Assembly (NCBI GenBank): GCA_013265495.1
Contig: MU058221.1
Span: forward strand, 3,286,001 to 3,350,000
Reading direction: 5' to 3'
DNA length: 64,000 nt
Source: Vicugna vicugna
Lineage: Eukaryota
This document shows positions 1 through 12,896 of the stretch, piece after piece. The notes under the pieces were generated by a model. That model did not search any database, was not told the origin of the DNA, and was given only the letters and a program-made list of their open reading frames with translations. The position numbers and the translations under genes are program-made. Numbering within the stretch: position 1 is the stretch's first letter; every line of letters starts with the position of its first letter.

Positions 1-3000
1 CACGCGCCTTGCGAACGTTAAATGCGTAAAGGCACACGCGTGTGCCCGGCATGCACCAGGCGCCCGACGACTGTCACTGTCCATTGCCCTGTAGTGAACA
101 CATCTTAACCGTTCTGTATTTCTGATCACTGTCTTCCTCTCCTTCCGGCCTTACGACGTCCACTGCTCCAGGCGGGTACATTTCCTGTATCTAACTCTAG
201 CTGATTTTAGATTGGGGAAAAGGCACTGTGGGATCAGCGAATGCACCCGGATTGCTGTTTGTTGACTGTGTGAAAAGACGTAATCACAGGGTACAAAGAA
301 TTGGGGAGGGCTTAGTAATCGAAACTCAGTGTAAGAAAACAGAATGGGATGATGACAATCCGATTCCACAGAAGAAAAGGGTTCAGGAAGGCCCTGCACC
401 AACTCTACTGGTGTCAGCAGCGACGTGCTGCTTCTCAGAACGCTTCACGTCTACGGATTCGCTTCTTACTCACGACAAGCTTGTGATGCAGGAAGGGCTG
501 ATGTGACTTTCATTTTAATAACGAGGAAACAAAGGCTCAGCGAGTTTAATAGGGTTAGAGGTCACCCATGATGGTTCCAAGAGATCTGAATTCTAAGCCA
601 GGCTCTTGTTAAACCAGCTGTCCCTACAAACCGCTCAGACCCTCTGAGGAGGTGCTCAGTCTTCGCACTGGTGAGAGAGGAACTTTAAGATCTATTTCAT
701 ACGTAGAAGTCTGAGACTCGGTATCTTAACCAATATAAAGAGCTACTTGGCATAGTTAGAGCAAGAACCCTATTCTCTGATTCAAAGCATGTCCCATGCA
801 TCACTTTGCTCAAGGTCACTAAATTTTTGGACACTGAATGAGTAGGAATGGTGGTTTGGCCCAAATGAAACATCTCAGCAGCTGAATGGGGAAGATGGAA
901 GAGAGCAGACAAGGGAGCCGTCAAGTCTTCAGATATTCTTACGGTCCCTCCACGTTCAGGAGCAGGTGATGGAGATACTGTTTCAACAGGACGAAAGTTC
1001 TGAGTGGACCATGACACACGGGCAAATTACAGTGGATGACACGTAAGAGTGGCCCACGCCAGCAGTTCTGAGGCGGCTCAGACGCGTGTCTGGATGTTGA
1101 GCGCATGTGGCGTTTCATATAACCCAGACGGAGCAGAGAGAGCGGCGGGGACGGCGAGCAGGGCATTTATAGCAACGGGGTGTAAGGACCAGGTAGAGCC
1201 CAGACGGGATGCAGAGGGGTTGGAGGCTGAGCCTCAGTTTTCTGAATTGGTGAACAAGTAAGAACCAGTGCCATGTTCCCGGGCGCTCTCAGCACCACCG
1301 TCTCAACTGGGCACCTGCTGCAAATAAACAAGCAACTCTTTCGGTCTCAAGTTTGGACCACCCGGCTCAGGTGATTAACCAAGTTATGATGTGATTTAGT
1401 GCATGTCAGCATGTCAGCTCATCGAGGCGATAGCTTTTGTCCTTTTTGGTTTTTTTAGAAGATGCTCTACACCAGGAAAAGATATTTCACTTCCGATTCA
1501 ATAAATACTGGCAGAGTTTTGGGGGTAACACAAATGGATGGAGTTATGACAGGAATAAAACGGTGAGATATTTTCTCCATCCACTGGAAAACTGTCACAA
1601 TGACAGAAGATACATATGATTTGATCATACATTGCTTTTAGTTAATAAAGCAACAAAACTCGGAACTTTGAGGAAAGTATCAACACAGAGAATAAACTGA
1701 ATAAAAGAACCGTATTTGTTACCAAATACACTTAGCAAATACATTAATTAAACAATTAGTGCTAACTATGCCCCAAGAACTATGCTTGATACTGGATACA
1801 GTTATATATAAAATATATATGAATATATAATGAATATAAATATAATATATAATTGCATATATCAAATATATAATAGTCTGAAGGTCTTACACTCTAGCGG
1901 AGAGTCAGACTTGTAAAACACAAGATAAAAAATTCTGTAAGGAAATTTTAGGTGCAAATTTCTCCCTAAAACGAATGCACTGGAGAGTTCAGCTGTACCT
2001 TGGGAAGTCAGGGAAGACTTCAAGTGAATACTTGAAGAATGAGCTGGAAAGCTCACATACTGCAGAAAAAGAGAACACGTATCGCAGATTGTTCAAGAAA
2101 CTACAAGGAGTCCAGTATTTCAGGAGACTGGAACAAGAGTTAGATGTGTAGAAGAAAGGTATTAACAGGCATACGGGCCAGATCAACACATGAAGGGTCT
2201 TACAACGTGTGCAAATAAATTTCAATTGTATCTTGGAAGCAATGGGGAGACACTGATGAAATGTAACAGCAGAAATAATATCCAAAGTGTCTCAAAAATG
2301 CAACTTTTATTCACACTGGAAGTGGATCAGTTGGGGGCTGAGGTTAACAAGCCTTTTACTCCTACCCAGGTAAGTGATGGTAAGTGCCTGACCGGGGGAC
2401 TCGGTCATTTAGCTACAAAGGGGGAAGATACGTGCTGGTGGGCACGGTCTGAGCAGACCGACCTGCTTCGTTCTGTGTTGGTAAATAACAGTGCCCCCTC
2501 AACAGAGCCATGGTATTTGAGGCTAGCCTGGGGAGAGGCAAGGCATTAGGATTTGTGGCTGTGTGGACGTAATCTGGACCACCTTTCTTGTCGTTGGTGT
2601 GATGGTTACTCTCGTTAAGGGGTGAATCAAAGAGAGGTCGACGCAAAATACTGAGACCAGAGAAGGCGACCTAAGACATTTCTGCAATAAGACACCAGCG
2701 ACAAACTAGTCAGCAGATGACGTCACTCCAGCAGGGTTGCGCCACTGGAAGAAAACGCGAACTGCGCTCAGAGCTCACTTGTGAACGAAACTTGATAGGA
2801 CAGATCCCTAAATTTAACAAGAATCCTGCAAATGTTCATGACATCACCGGTGACGACTTGGGAAGTGGAAAGAGATAAACGACTATGAATAAATAAATAA
2901 ATATAAAACATAACCATGATAAAGGAATGGTTACCTTATTTTGCTGTAAAGACAACAGTAGAAAATTGTCATCGTATGAAGAGGTGATTTTGTAGCCAAA

Positions 3001-3651
3001 AAAAATCTGGTGGGTAAGGGAGCAACGTACAGTACCCTCAGGCTATTAATGTACAAAAAGTATTATACTAAATATTATATTAATATTAGTCATATTCTAT
3101 GATTGTCATTACTGGTGGCACTTGCCAGCTTTTTAACATTTAGAATTTATGATTATTGATTACAAGTAAATATTAAATACTGCTTCATAACTAAGTCTGT
3201 AGCCATCATTTTGTATAAAAAAAAAGAGCTTCTGCGAATGTGTGAGCTTCAGGCTACACAGAGCACTGCAGTATTCCTGCAGAGATGACCAGTACCAACC
3301 AGAACCCGCACAGAACCTTGTCAGTAAGTGCCGACGCCTGAGTGACCACGTGCTACGCTAAGTGAGTAAAGGCAGGGAACAGAGTGCCTTCATCCTGTGG
3401 TAAGAGGAAGGCAGTGTGAATTCAGCGAGAAGGAAAGCTCAAAACATAGTTCAGCCTCAGCTGTATTAGTGAATTTTTGTACTTTATGTTTGGCAAAATC
3501 ACCTTCATAGACCCCTTGGGCTTGGAGGCTGATAGACCTCAAGACCCCGGAGAAAGAGGAAGCTAATCTGCAGAGACAGAAAGAACAAAGAAAGTGTCAC
3601 CATTGCTCCTGATCTTGAGAAGGAATCAAGAGAAGTGAAAAGGCTGAAGGA

Positions 3652-3868
3652 AGATATTGAATATAGTTCCCTGGGCTATATAGAAGAAACCTGTCTTTTT
3701 ATAATCTATTTTTATATATAGTGGTTAACATTTGCAAATCTTACCTTGTAATAACCTTTAATGAAAAAGACTATGAAAATGAATATATGTGTGTATCTGC
3801 ATGACTGGGACACTGTGCTGTGCACCAGAAATGGACACATCATAACTGACTACACATCAATTAAAAAA
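3652..3868 (+). mobile_element. Young L1 3'-end insertion with inverted 5' segment (3652-3741 minus, 3745-3868 plus)
   Basis: Both parts match the 3' UTR of the L1 copy at ~41211-41422 in this window, the first as its reverse complement; ends CAATTAAAAAA; degenerate flanking repeat AAAAGG(C/A)..GGAAGA. Confidence 0.85.
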
Positions 3869-6800
3869 GGGGAAAAAAGGACTAATGGAAGAGATGAATA
3901 CGGAAAAGAAGGGAAAGGATATGTGTGGAGGGGAACAGGAGGGAAGAAAAAAGCAGAGAGAAATTGGACTAGGTAAGAAACAAGAGCAAAATTCCCCTAC
4001 AATATGGCAGCTGAAGACTGTTTTAAGAATGGTGAAAACTTCTGCTCTATTTGGATAATACACTGTTGGACAATGAAAGTGTTCTGTTCTTCAGCCACCC
4101 AGCCCAGTTCTTTCCAGACTAAAATGCCAATGAATTCTACTCTACTCAAAAGGCATAGTAGAATACTTTTTATTTCCTTTTAACTAAATATTTGGTTGAA
4201 TTTTACATATGGATCAGGATAGAGAATTCTACAAGAAAGGAGGAAACTGGGAGGGAGAAGAGGACATGAGAACATGTGAAGCATGAACATTAGTAGGAAG
4301 GTTGGGGGAGTGGGTGGCTCTGGACTCCTGCAGACCACTGAAGGGAAGGGTTTGAGGCTGTCTGCCTAGATCTTCATGGGCAGAGAACTGTCTGAGGGTC
4401 ACCAGTCTACACTGTCTTCCTCCTTGCAAGACTGCTCTGATAATGTGTTAAGCAGGCTTGAAGTTGAGGTTGGTGTACTAAGACTTCAGCAACAGTCCAA
4501 CGGGAAATGATGAAAGTCTAAAAAACAGCAAGAGTAGAGGAAAAAGGAATGAAGAGAAATAGAATCAAGATTTAAGATATAACTGAAATCTGGGGCGAAC
4601 TGGCTATGAAAATCGAGTGAAGAAGAAAGAGTTAGGGATTATTTTTATTAGGACTTATTTTAAACTATCTGGCTTGATCAACTTTGCCAATTTTAGAATC
4701 AGTCTTTGCAAAAGAGAGCGGGTCAGGAAGGAAACTGATCTGCACACTGTGGTCGTCCCTCGGCCATCACCCTGGAGACTGACAGTTCATACATGGAAGC
4801 ATTTCGACACCTTAACGTCGGACTCCGTGGTCTCCTCAACGCCACTGTTTCTCACCTCGACTCCACTTCAGCAGCTGCTCCCACGGCCACACTCTGCATG
4901 TTGCCAAATGCCAAACAGTGCCTTTCTTACCATCTTGGACTAAACGCTCTCAGTTTACAAGTTCAATAATTTGTATGATCTCTGCTTATTCCAATATATC
5001 TACAGATCACATCCCTCGATGTGACTCTAAAAGCAGCCCTAGCCACTCCTTTCAATGCCATCTGTAAGAATCTGTGATTTTTTTAATTTAAAATCAAATC
5101 CTTCCACTAGAAAATCGACCCCCAGAGGGCAGGCAAGTTACCTACTTATACTTAGCAAGTGACTGACACATTCCAGGCAAACAATGAGACTCATTAATGC
5201 TGTCTGATTCTAAAACTATAATCTAAAAAGACAATTCCAGGGACTTAAATTTTTCTTATATAAGGATCCACTTAGTCACTATTTTTTTCTTCTTTCTGTT
5301 CGACTTTGGATACATCAGGGACTGCTTCTCTTCTTTACGTTGTATGTTAGAGGTACACACGATGCTACCCTGCATATTGCAAAAGCGTTTGTTGGAATCT
5401 GAAGGAATACTCTGAGAACTCTTAAAAAATAAGTGAGACATTGTGAGTAGATGAAAATAAGGTAAGATGGACAAAAAATAGGTGTAAGTCCGTTCTTACT
5501 ATTTATTGCAAGGACATACGCTCACTGATCCCTTTTCGTAGTGATACGTAATTCAAACTTCGGGTTTATTTGCTTGAGGCCTGGAGGCATAAATTACTCT
5601 TTCCATTTACACAGCAAGGTGGAATTGTGAGTACAAATACAATAAAATGCGTGCTGATTCCCACAGTCTGTAAAAACCGGAATTTCTGATATTCTCCAGA
5701 ACAGAGATTTTTAATTCACAGCGTCTCGCATTAATATTGGAGTGCTGTAGGCTTTTTTTTTTCCCTTATGACACCTGATGCCTTTAGGAAAAAGTGAGCT
5801 CTCTAGCTTTCTGAGGTGTTTCTCATTGATGGCACTCAGAACGGCAAACTATGGGAGTGGCAGACTGGAGACCCACCTGGAGGCAGCGTGTCTTAATGCT
5901 GTAGCGCAAGAAATGCTTGCCTGTTTGACTACCTTTCTTCCTTATTGCCCTACAGCAGAATTTTAAGGTACTTAAGAGAATAATTTTTCCAGATCACCCA
6001 CACTTGTGCATAAGCCAGTGGAAGTTTGTCTCAGCTGATCTAGGAACACGGGATCAAATCGCGCTTTGAATTACCTTTTGAGAACGATATGTTCTTATAG
6101 GCAAAGAAAAATATACATATAAAAACATGATAATGAATCCCACAGAACCTTTTGAAGTTTCCAAGGCTTTTTTTTATATGTAATACATCTGTAAGGTCTC
6201 AAACAAGCTTCTGAGTTAGACAGAGCTAGAATTCTATTTCCTTACAGGAGATTTACTTAAGATAACTTGACTATACAGTTGGGGACAATCACTGATGTTA
6301 ACCATTTTCACTAAACATGTTTGAGTAAAATCTGTCAATAAAACAGTTTCATTAAAGGACTGATACGGTCCTATGGGGTGATGTGAATACTGAAATCAGG
6401 GTGCGTGCTTCTGTGATGTTTTTATATTATTCAGGAATTTAGGGATTTGTGATTATTGTTAATTGCCGTTTACGTATTTCATCCCTTCAGATACACATCA
6501 AGTGAAAAGCCTGCAATGTGTGAAAAAACACTGCACCTGCTGGTGTCAAAAAAATACTGCGAATATCGGGAGCAGACAAGTCGGGGTATAAATCTCCGTG
6601 CTATCACGTTCTAGCTTCGTGTCCCTCCCTCTGGGATCCCATGTCTTCGTTTGTAAAATGGCGGTCACAGTGCTTTCATTCCAGCCTGGTTAGGAAAACT
6701 AAAATATCATGTATAAAGCGGCAAACACCAGGTTAAGAAGTGTTATTCCTTCCTCCCGTTCCCCTCACCGTGGAGGCAACACACTGCACACCTAACACTT

Positions 6801-7409
6801 CTTCCCCTAGTTCACACTAATCAAATCACACAGCTCTGTCATGTACGGAAAATCAGAAACAGTGCACAACAACAACAAAAAAAACCAAACTGTGCAGTAT
6901 AGGACTAAATATACCACGTATGTCCTTATAGTAACATTCATAGTCCAGATGAATTGCAAAAACGTGCACTGTGGTGAGTTTGCCAAAACTGCCACCTCTT
7001 TAAGCCTGGATGGAATGAAGCATTTCATTGGAATTATTTATCTCGGTCTGTTTTCTTCTCATGAAAGCAGTGTGTCAACATTTTTGACATTGTTAGATAC
7101 AATTCAACAATTAGTTAAATTTTAGTAAAGCAAATGTGTCAATCTTGCCCAGTGTAACTGACTTCATGAGAAACAATCAGCATTATTTCATAAAAATCAC
7201 TACCTTCTGAGGTCTGATATTTGGACCTAAATTGATCAATCATGACAGCTCTTTTTATACAAGAGGCTAAAGATGTATTTGTTTTGGCAAAAAAAGGCAA
7301 AAATACTGAAACTATGAGATCATTTCATATATTGAGAATATTGCAAAATTCAGGCAGTCGTCTCTCTCCATGGTTCTAATGTGCGTATATTTCAGTGAAC
7401 AGCTTAATT

Positions 7410-7770
7410 AAATGACGTCAGGCCCCAACGACGCAATTCAAGTTTCAGGTACCATGTATGTTAACTGTGAGCAACTGGATGAAGTGCAAACTCCACTGGT
7501 ACGTCTCCTCAGTTCACAAACCACTACACAAATAACAGACGCACACGGTGATGAGTGGCCAGTCTCAGCCTTCTTTTCAAGTCTGTTGGTCACTGGTCCC
7601 CTTGCAGCTGCTCGGAAGTTCACACACAGGCAGCGAAGCATCTGGTTTTGTTGCTCTTTGTCTCCCAGGCATAAGGCCACGTCACATTTCACAAATGAAT
7701 GGAAACTGGTGAACAACGACGGAAGCACAGCAAAGAAGTGGAAAGTGATCATCACGGAAGTGAAATCTGA
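7410..7770. promoter_or_regulatory. Candidate enhancer/promoter (CRE, UPRE, ETS, ETS-IRF motifs)
   Basis: TGACGTCA 7413-7420; CGGAAGT 7613-7619; CCACGTCA 7677-7684; CGGAAGC 7720-7726; GGAAGTGAAA 7756-7765; many retained CpGs; no recognisable repeat. Confidence 0.5.
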
Positions 7771-10700
7771 ATGGAACATACGTAGAATTTATAAAAAAAA
7801 AATAGCTGAATGTTGACGCTGCTACATTCTGGAAACTTGAGACACGCAGGTAGAGAAACTCAGTAAATGCCAACGGACCTATGTAAATGAGGGAGTGGTT
7901 TTGACAAAAAAAGATATTGGAGGGAAAGTGATAAAAACGATAATGCAGAAAAAAAGAATACTTGGAAATAGAACATTGAAAATGCAAGGGGTTAAATATT
8001 AGAAGCTCATTCAAACTCAGGAAAGAATATTACACTTTTGCTAATGCATATGAAAGAAACTGCCTTCTATTGTAAGCCAAACAAGAATAAAATGTTCAAA
8101 GGATTCTTAACTGGATTTTTAATACAGAAATAAAAACCCAATTTTCAGTATTTCCAATGTCTTAAATTGAAACGTGTAAAAATATTTGTTTGACTATTTG
8201 TTTAATTTTCCTATACATTTAGAGTTGACAACAGTAATTTTTTATGTTCTGATAGAAATGTTTAAAGGTCATGGAATAATCAGAATATTTCCCATTGATT
8301 TTTACAGTCTCTTCGTCCGACTTCAGGCTGCGTGGCTCGTTTTACAGCTGCACACGCCTGTGACAGAAGAGAAAGGCTGGAATTGTAACATTCAAAACTA
8401 CAAAACGGGGACTGTGTCTTTGGCTTCACTTTTAAGTGAAAGACATGGCTGAATGGAGGGGACATCTTTTTTTTTTTCTTCCAGGGGCTGTGAGATATCA
8501 ACATATCTTCACACGCTTGCACTGTCTCGTGGTTATCAAATGGTTTAACAGAAGCAGGAATTCAAATATAATTTTTTTTACCTAAAATAATTATAGAGTT
8601 TAGAAATAGAGCGATACATAAGTCTTATCCTTGTTAGTATAGCCATTTTTATTCCAATGCTCCCAGAAGTTCAACCACATTGAAGATTTCGGCGTAAGAG
8701 GCACGTACAGAGGGAAAAATGTCTTGGTTATTTTTCTGGTACCAGGACGTCCCCACCTTCCACCGAGGTCTATATCGAACACCCAGACCTCATGGACGTC
8801 ATTCCTTGTGTTTCCCATCGCGTTTGGGCTCATGCCTATATCCCAGGATTGAACATGGCTTTTGCACTGAAGGAGGGCTCGTTCGTCTTTGTTCTCCAAT
8901 GTCACATCGATTCGTACCTAGCATGTGATCAGTATTCAATAGGTATCTGTAATCTGAATCCATGAATTTAGATTAATGTACATTTTGGCATATGGAACCT
9001 CAAAACAGAGCCCATACAAAATGACTTAGCGCGGTCTGACACGTAAGATGCCTGATTTTGCTTTGGGATGGCTACAGATTACAAAGTCCTGCCTTAGAAA
9101 ATGAGTCCCTCTTTCTGTCTGGGGTGGGGAAAGGCAGCCTGGATATCAATGTTTGGAGAGCCTGGTGTGTTCTGCAGTCTGCTTATTTAAAGGAGGTGCA
9201 AACCTGGATCCTGTAGGTCTTCGTGTCCCTTTTCTGTGTTGTTTTCTCTCCCAGTCCACTTTCTGTTTGCCTTCATAGGCTTGGAAAGGTTACAGATCCA
9301 CTTGACTAAAGGGTGAACTTGACGCTGCTGAGGTCCCCTAAGCCACACTGTACAAATGTTTGCACATTTTCTTAACTCGGAGTATTTAGCCAATTGACTG
9401 TAGCATCTGCTTTGGATATGGCGAATCCCCTCTGGCTAGCACCAGCTCCGGCGATTCTTGTAAAAGCCAAGGTGGTTTCTTTACCTCCCGTTGCACTGTG
9501 TCCACACAGCATCCATCACGGACAGCTCTGGCCCGACATGACTTTGCCTTTTAATTCATCAGCTAACTGAAATGTACACTCGAGCCAGAAACTCTTAATG
9601 CTATGAGATGGTTCATACATAGAATTACTCTACAAAGATAAATTGTAACTGTACAATACGGTGCCATAAAGCTGCAACTTTTAATAAGAGTAACAAGGTG
9701 GCTCCGCCAAATTGGTCAGTTCTGATGTTCTCACTTACTTTCAAATGTCAATTTCTTTAACAGGAGTAATTGCTTTTTTTTTTTTTGGTGGCTGATTCAA
9801 GGCCCTTTAAAACTCACCAACACAGGGAGGCATTCTTTAATTAACTCCATGTGACCTTGACCACCCCTCCGCAGCCTTTCTTTTGTTACTAAGCTGCTGT
9901 TTCCCTTACTTAAAATGTTCTGCCTTCATTTGGAATAAAAATAATGTGTCGCAACCCCACATGATTCGACACATAACACATGTAGTTTGGCGATCACTGA
10001 TTACCTCCCTGGCACAGGTAAGTGCTTTGTATAAACGATGCCGTTCCTTCATCACTACGCGAGGGTGGTGTTAGTATTGCTGTTTTATATGTAAGGCTTA
10101 GAAGGGGGACGATTTATGGCGTGACCACCAAGGCCACTTGGTGACAATGAATATCCCAGAAAAACACAAAGGAGCAACCAGACCTTAAGATTTCAGAACA
10201 AGGCTCAGGAGTCTGGACATTTTCTAGCCAACTGGGGGAGTCACAGCCATTCTAACAATCAAAAACCATTCAGATATATTAAGTATAGGCACGTGTTTGG
10301 TTTCTCCAACCAGACTGGAAGTTTCTCAAAAGAACAGAACACTCACTTTTCTCTGTCCCCAGGCTCTCAGTTACTGCCTCTGAGTGGATGTATACTATCA
10401 GATAATTCTTTGGAAAGAAAGGCTTTCGTGGCAGAAAAAAAAAATTTCTTTTTAAATTCTCTGAGCCTCAGTAAACGAAAATTATCAGGTCTACCGCATG
10501 CCACGATGGAGAGGACCACCAGAAAAATGTGTCACTCCGAGCTACTTGGTGATAGATGATTTACTATTAGAGGAAAAAGAAACCTGTAATTAGGGCCACG
10601 TAATGAAATCTGAGGCACAGCACTTATGAATCATTTCCCTCGGGTTCTTTCAAAGATCAGAGCAGGGAAGGGTTAGTCCAGGGCAAGGAAAATGAAGTTC

Positions 10701-11568
10701 AACAATCAGTAACCAATTCCACAACCTCTGGTCAACGAGCCTCCGTGGAGGAGTGAGTAACTCATGGGGATGGTCAAGGCAAGAGCTGGAATGCCTTCTC
10801 TGGCTCTCTTGTCCTGGCCAAACACCTCCGGCAAAAGACAGACAAGGCTGGATTTTTTTCCCTGAAAAGCAGTTATTCACCAAGTGGGTCTGTAATGGAT
10901 GTAACACTGGAATTCCCGCAGAGCTTTAAAAGCCACTGATGGCAGGGCCTCCCCCTCACCAGCGTGATTTCATCAGCATGGAATTCAGTCTGGACGTGGG
11001 AGTTCTGCACATTCCCCCGTGATTGCAATGTGCCTCTAAGCCCGGAAACCACTCTGGAGAGGTGGTCGCTCCCGGGTGTTTCTAGCTGCAGCCAAGAGGC
11101 AAAGCCCAGTCCGTTCACTCACAACACCTCTCAATGGCGGGCAGACGCTGAGCGTGGGTGCAAGGCTTCATCAGGCTCCGCTGGGCTCAGCTGCCTTTCT
11201 GGGACCTGGGATCCCTGTTTCCTCTTCCATCCCCTGCCCTCTGCATTATCTCCCTAAGGAGCAACTCTACTTGGGCTCTTTTGTGGCTGATTTCTTTTTC
11301 AGTGACTTGAAGGAGTGAATGAATGAGACTCTTAAGCAAGGGAAAAAAAATCGGATAGAGGACCGACAATTCTGAAGCTGCATCCCCGCATGCCCCTGCC
11401 TGAACCTGGACAGACCCTGCCCCGACCACCTAACAGCTCCTTTGCCTACAACCACCCAATGAACAGAAGAATCTCTGTTCTGGTTCAATGTGCTCACGGA
11501 GACTTTGAAAAGGGGATGAATAAAATTAAAAAAGAAAAATCATCAGGGTGCTGGGATGAAAGCTTAAG

Positions 11569-11737
11569 ATGGTGGCTTTCAACCCTATCTACACACTGTC
11601 ATCACCTGGGGAGCTCAGAACACTACTTACGCCCAAGCCTCACCACCACCAGGTTCTGATTTAATTGGGCTGGACATGGGGGTTTTTCTAAGTTCTCCAA
11701 ATTATTACAATATGGAGCCAAGCTTAAGAACTGCAGC
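11569..11737. mobile_element. MER5A-like hAT-Charlie MITE
   Basis: ATCACCTGGGGAGCT...TTCTGATTTAATTGGGCTGG...AAGAACTGC pattern of MER5A, recalled from consensus. Confidence 0.7.
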
Positions 11738-12329
11738 TCTAACAAAAATATCGCTTGACATATTTAAAGACATTTAGTTAAAGAAAATAATCACTAAGGT
11801 TGGAGGAGCCAAAGAAAACCAGATGAGTGTGAGTAACTGATGAAATGTAAGTGTTTAGCAGCAGGAGAGAATGTTGCTAGGAAATGTTACAGCCCAACCT
11901 GAGAGAGGCATATTCGAGGGACTGAGAAGAGGAAATGAAACCCAGACAGAAAAGACACATACTTCAGACAGTATATGGGGCACTTCCGTCCTGGATCACG
12001 TGGTTTTTGGGGCGCAGGGAAAGCCTCCAAGCAATGCTCGCCCAACTCAGCGCCCACATTCAGCAAATCGGAACCTCTTTTCTCTTAAGGCTGAGATGAC
12101 TATTAAAATACACATGGTCTGGAGGCGGGTAATGCCTTCGATTGTTACCACTCTTTTGTACTACTTTGTGAATGAAGACCCTAAGACTTAGGGAGGTTGT
12201 GGAGGGGAAAAAAGGAACAAGAGAACTTGATGGACAGTTGTGGGTGAAGCTGTTTCTTCCTTTTGAGGAAGAGGGATAGAGAAAGGGGTCTAAAACTATG
12301 AACACACACAAACTGTAAAGCCTGGAGAC

Positions 12330-12555
12330 ACGTATGTGTGATATCCACCATAATGCCAGTCTGAACTTGGGCAACTGTTCAACTGTCCTCGCTTTTAATT
12401 TTGTTGCCTGTAAAACGGAGGCAGGAGAAGAATGACTCACGGTGTTGCTGAAAGAAGTGACGTCAACGTAGCGCTCGTGCTTTCGCTCAGCAAGTGCTCT
12501 GCACACAGCAAGTGCTCTGCACACAGCAAGTGCTTTGCACACAGTAAGGTTTCAA
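12330..12555 (+). mobile_element. MIR SINE fragment with an internal 18-bp tandem amplification
   Basis: CTTGGGCAA...CTGTAAAACGG core and GCACACAGTAAG 3' motif. Confidence 0.6.
12488..12548 (+). repeat. Minisatellite, about 3.4 copies of CAGCAAGTGCTCTGCACA
   Basis: Units at 12488, 12506, 12524 (one mismatch) and a partial unit at 12542. Confidence 0.95.
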
Positions 12556-12721
12556 CCGTCTCAGTCAAAACTGTGAATACAAATAGTTTCAATTATTTAA
12601 CGAACCTCTGTTTCCAAAGTAGCTTGTGATCAGTTTCTAGCCCTTTACTCTTTAATTTTCTCAGAAGTTTATTATTAGATATTATTATTTGCTTAATCCT
12701 ACCTCTTTAGTATCTTTTCTT

Positions 12722-12896
12722 GTTTTTTTTTTTTTATCGAAGCAGAGTCAGTTTACACACGTGTGTCAATTTCTGGTGCACAGCGTGATGTTTCAGTCAC
12801 ACATATACATACATATATTCGTTTTCATATTCTTTGTCATCATAGGTAACTGCAAGCTATTGAATATAGCTCTACAGGAGAAACTTAGTTGTTTAT
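12722..12896 (-). mobile_element. Young L1 3'-end fragment
   Basis: Poly-T then ATCGAAGCAGAGTCAGTTTAC..., the reverse complement of the L1 3' end at 41270-41420; degenerate TSD TCTTTAG.A.CTTTT. Confidence 0.85.

Noticed and set aside
2725..2745. Partial CTCF-like motifs here and at ~6535, ~48222, ~54735
   Set aside because: Each lacks core positions of the consensus.
12488..12548. CRISPR-like repeat array
   Set aside because: Units are contiguous with no spacers, MIR-derived, in a mammalian context.
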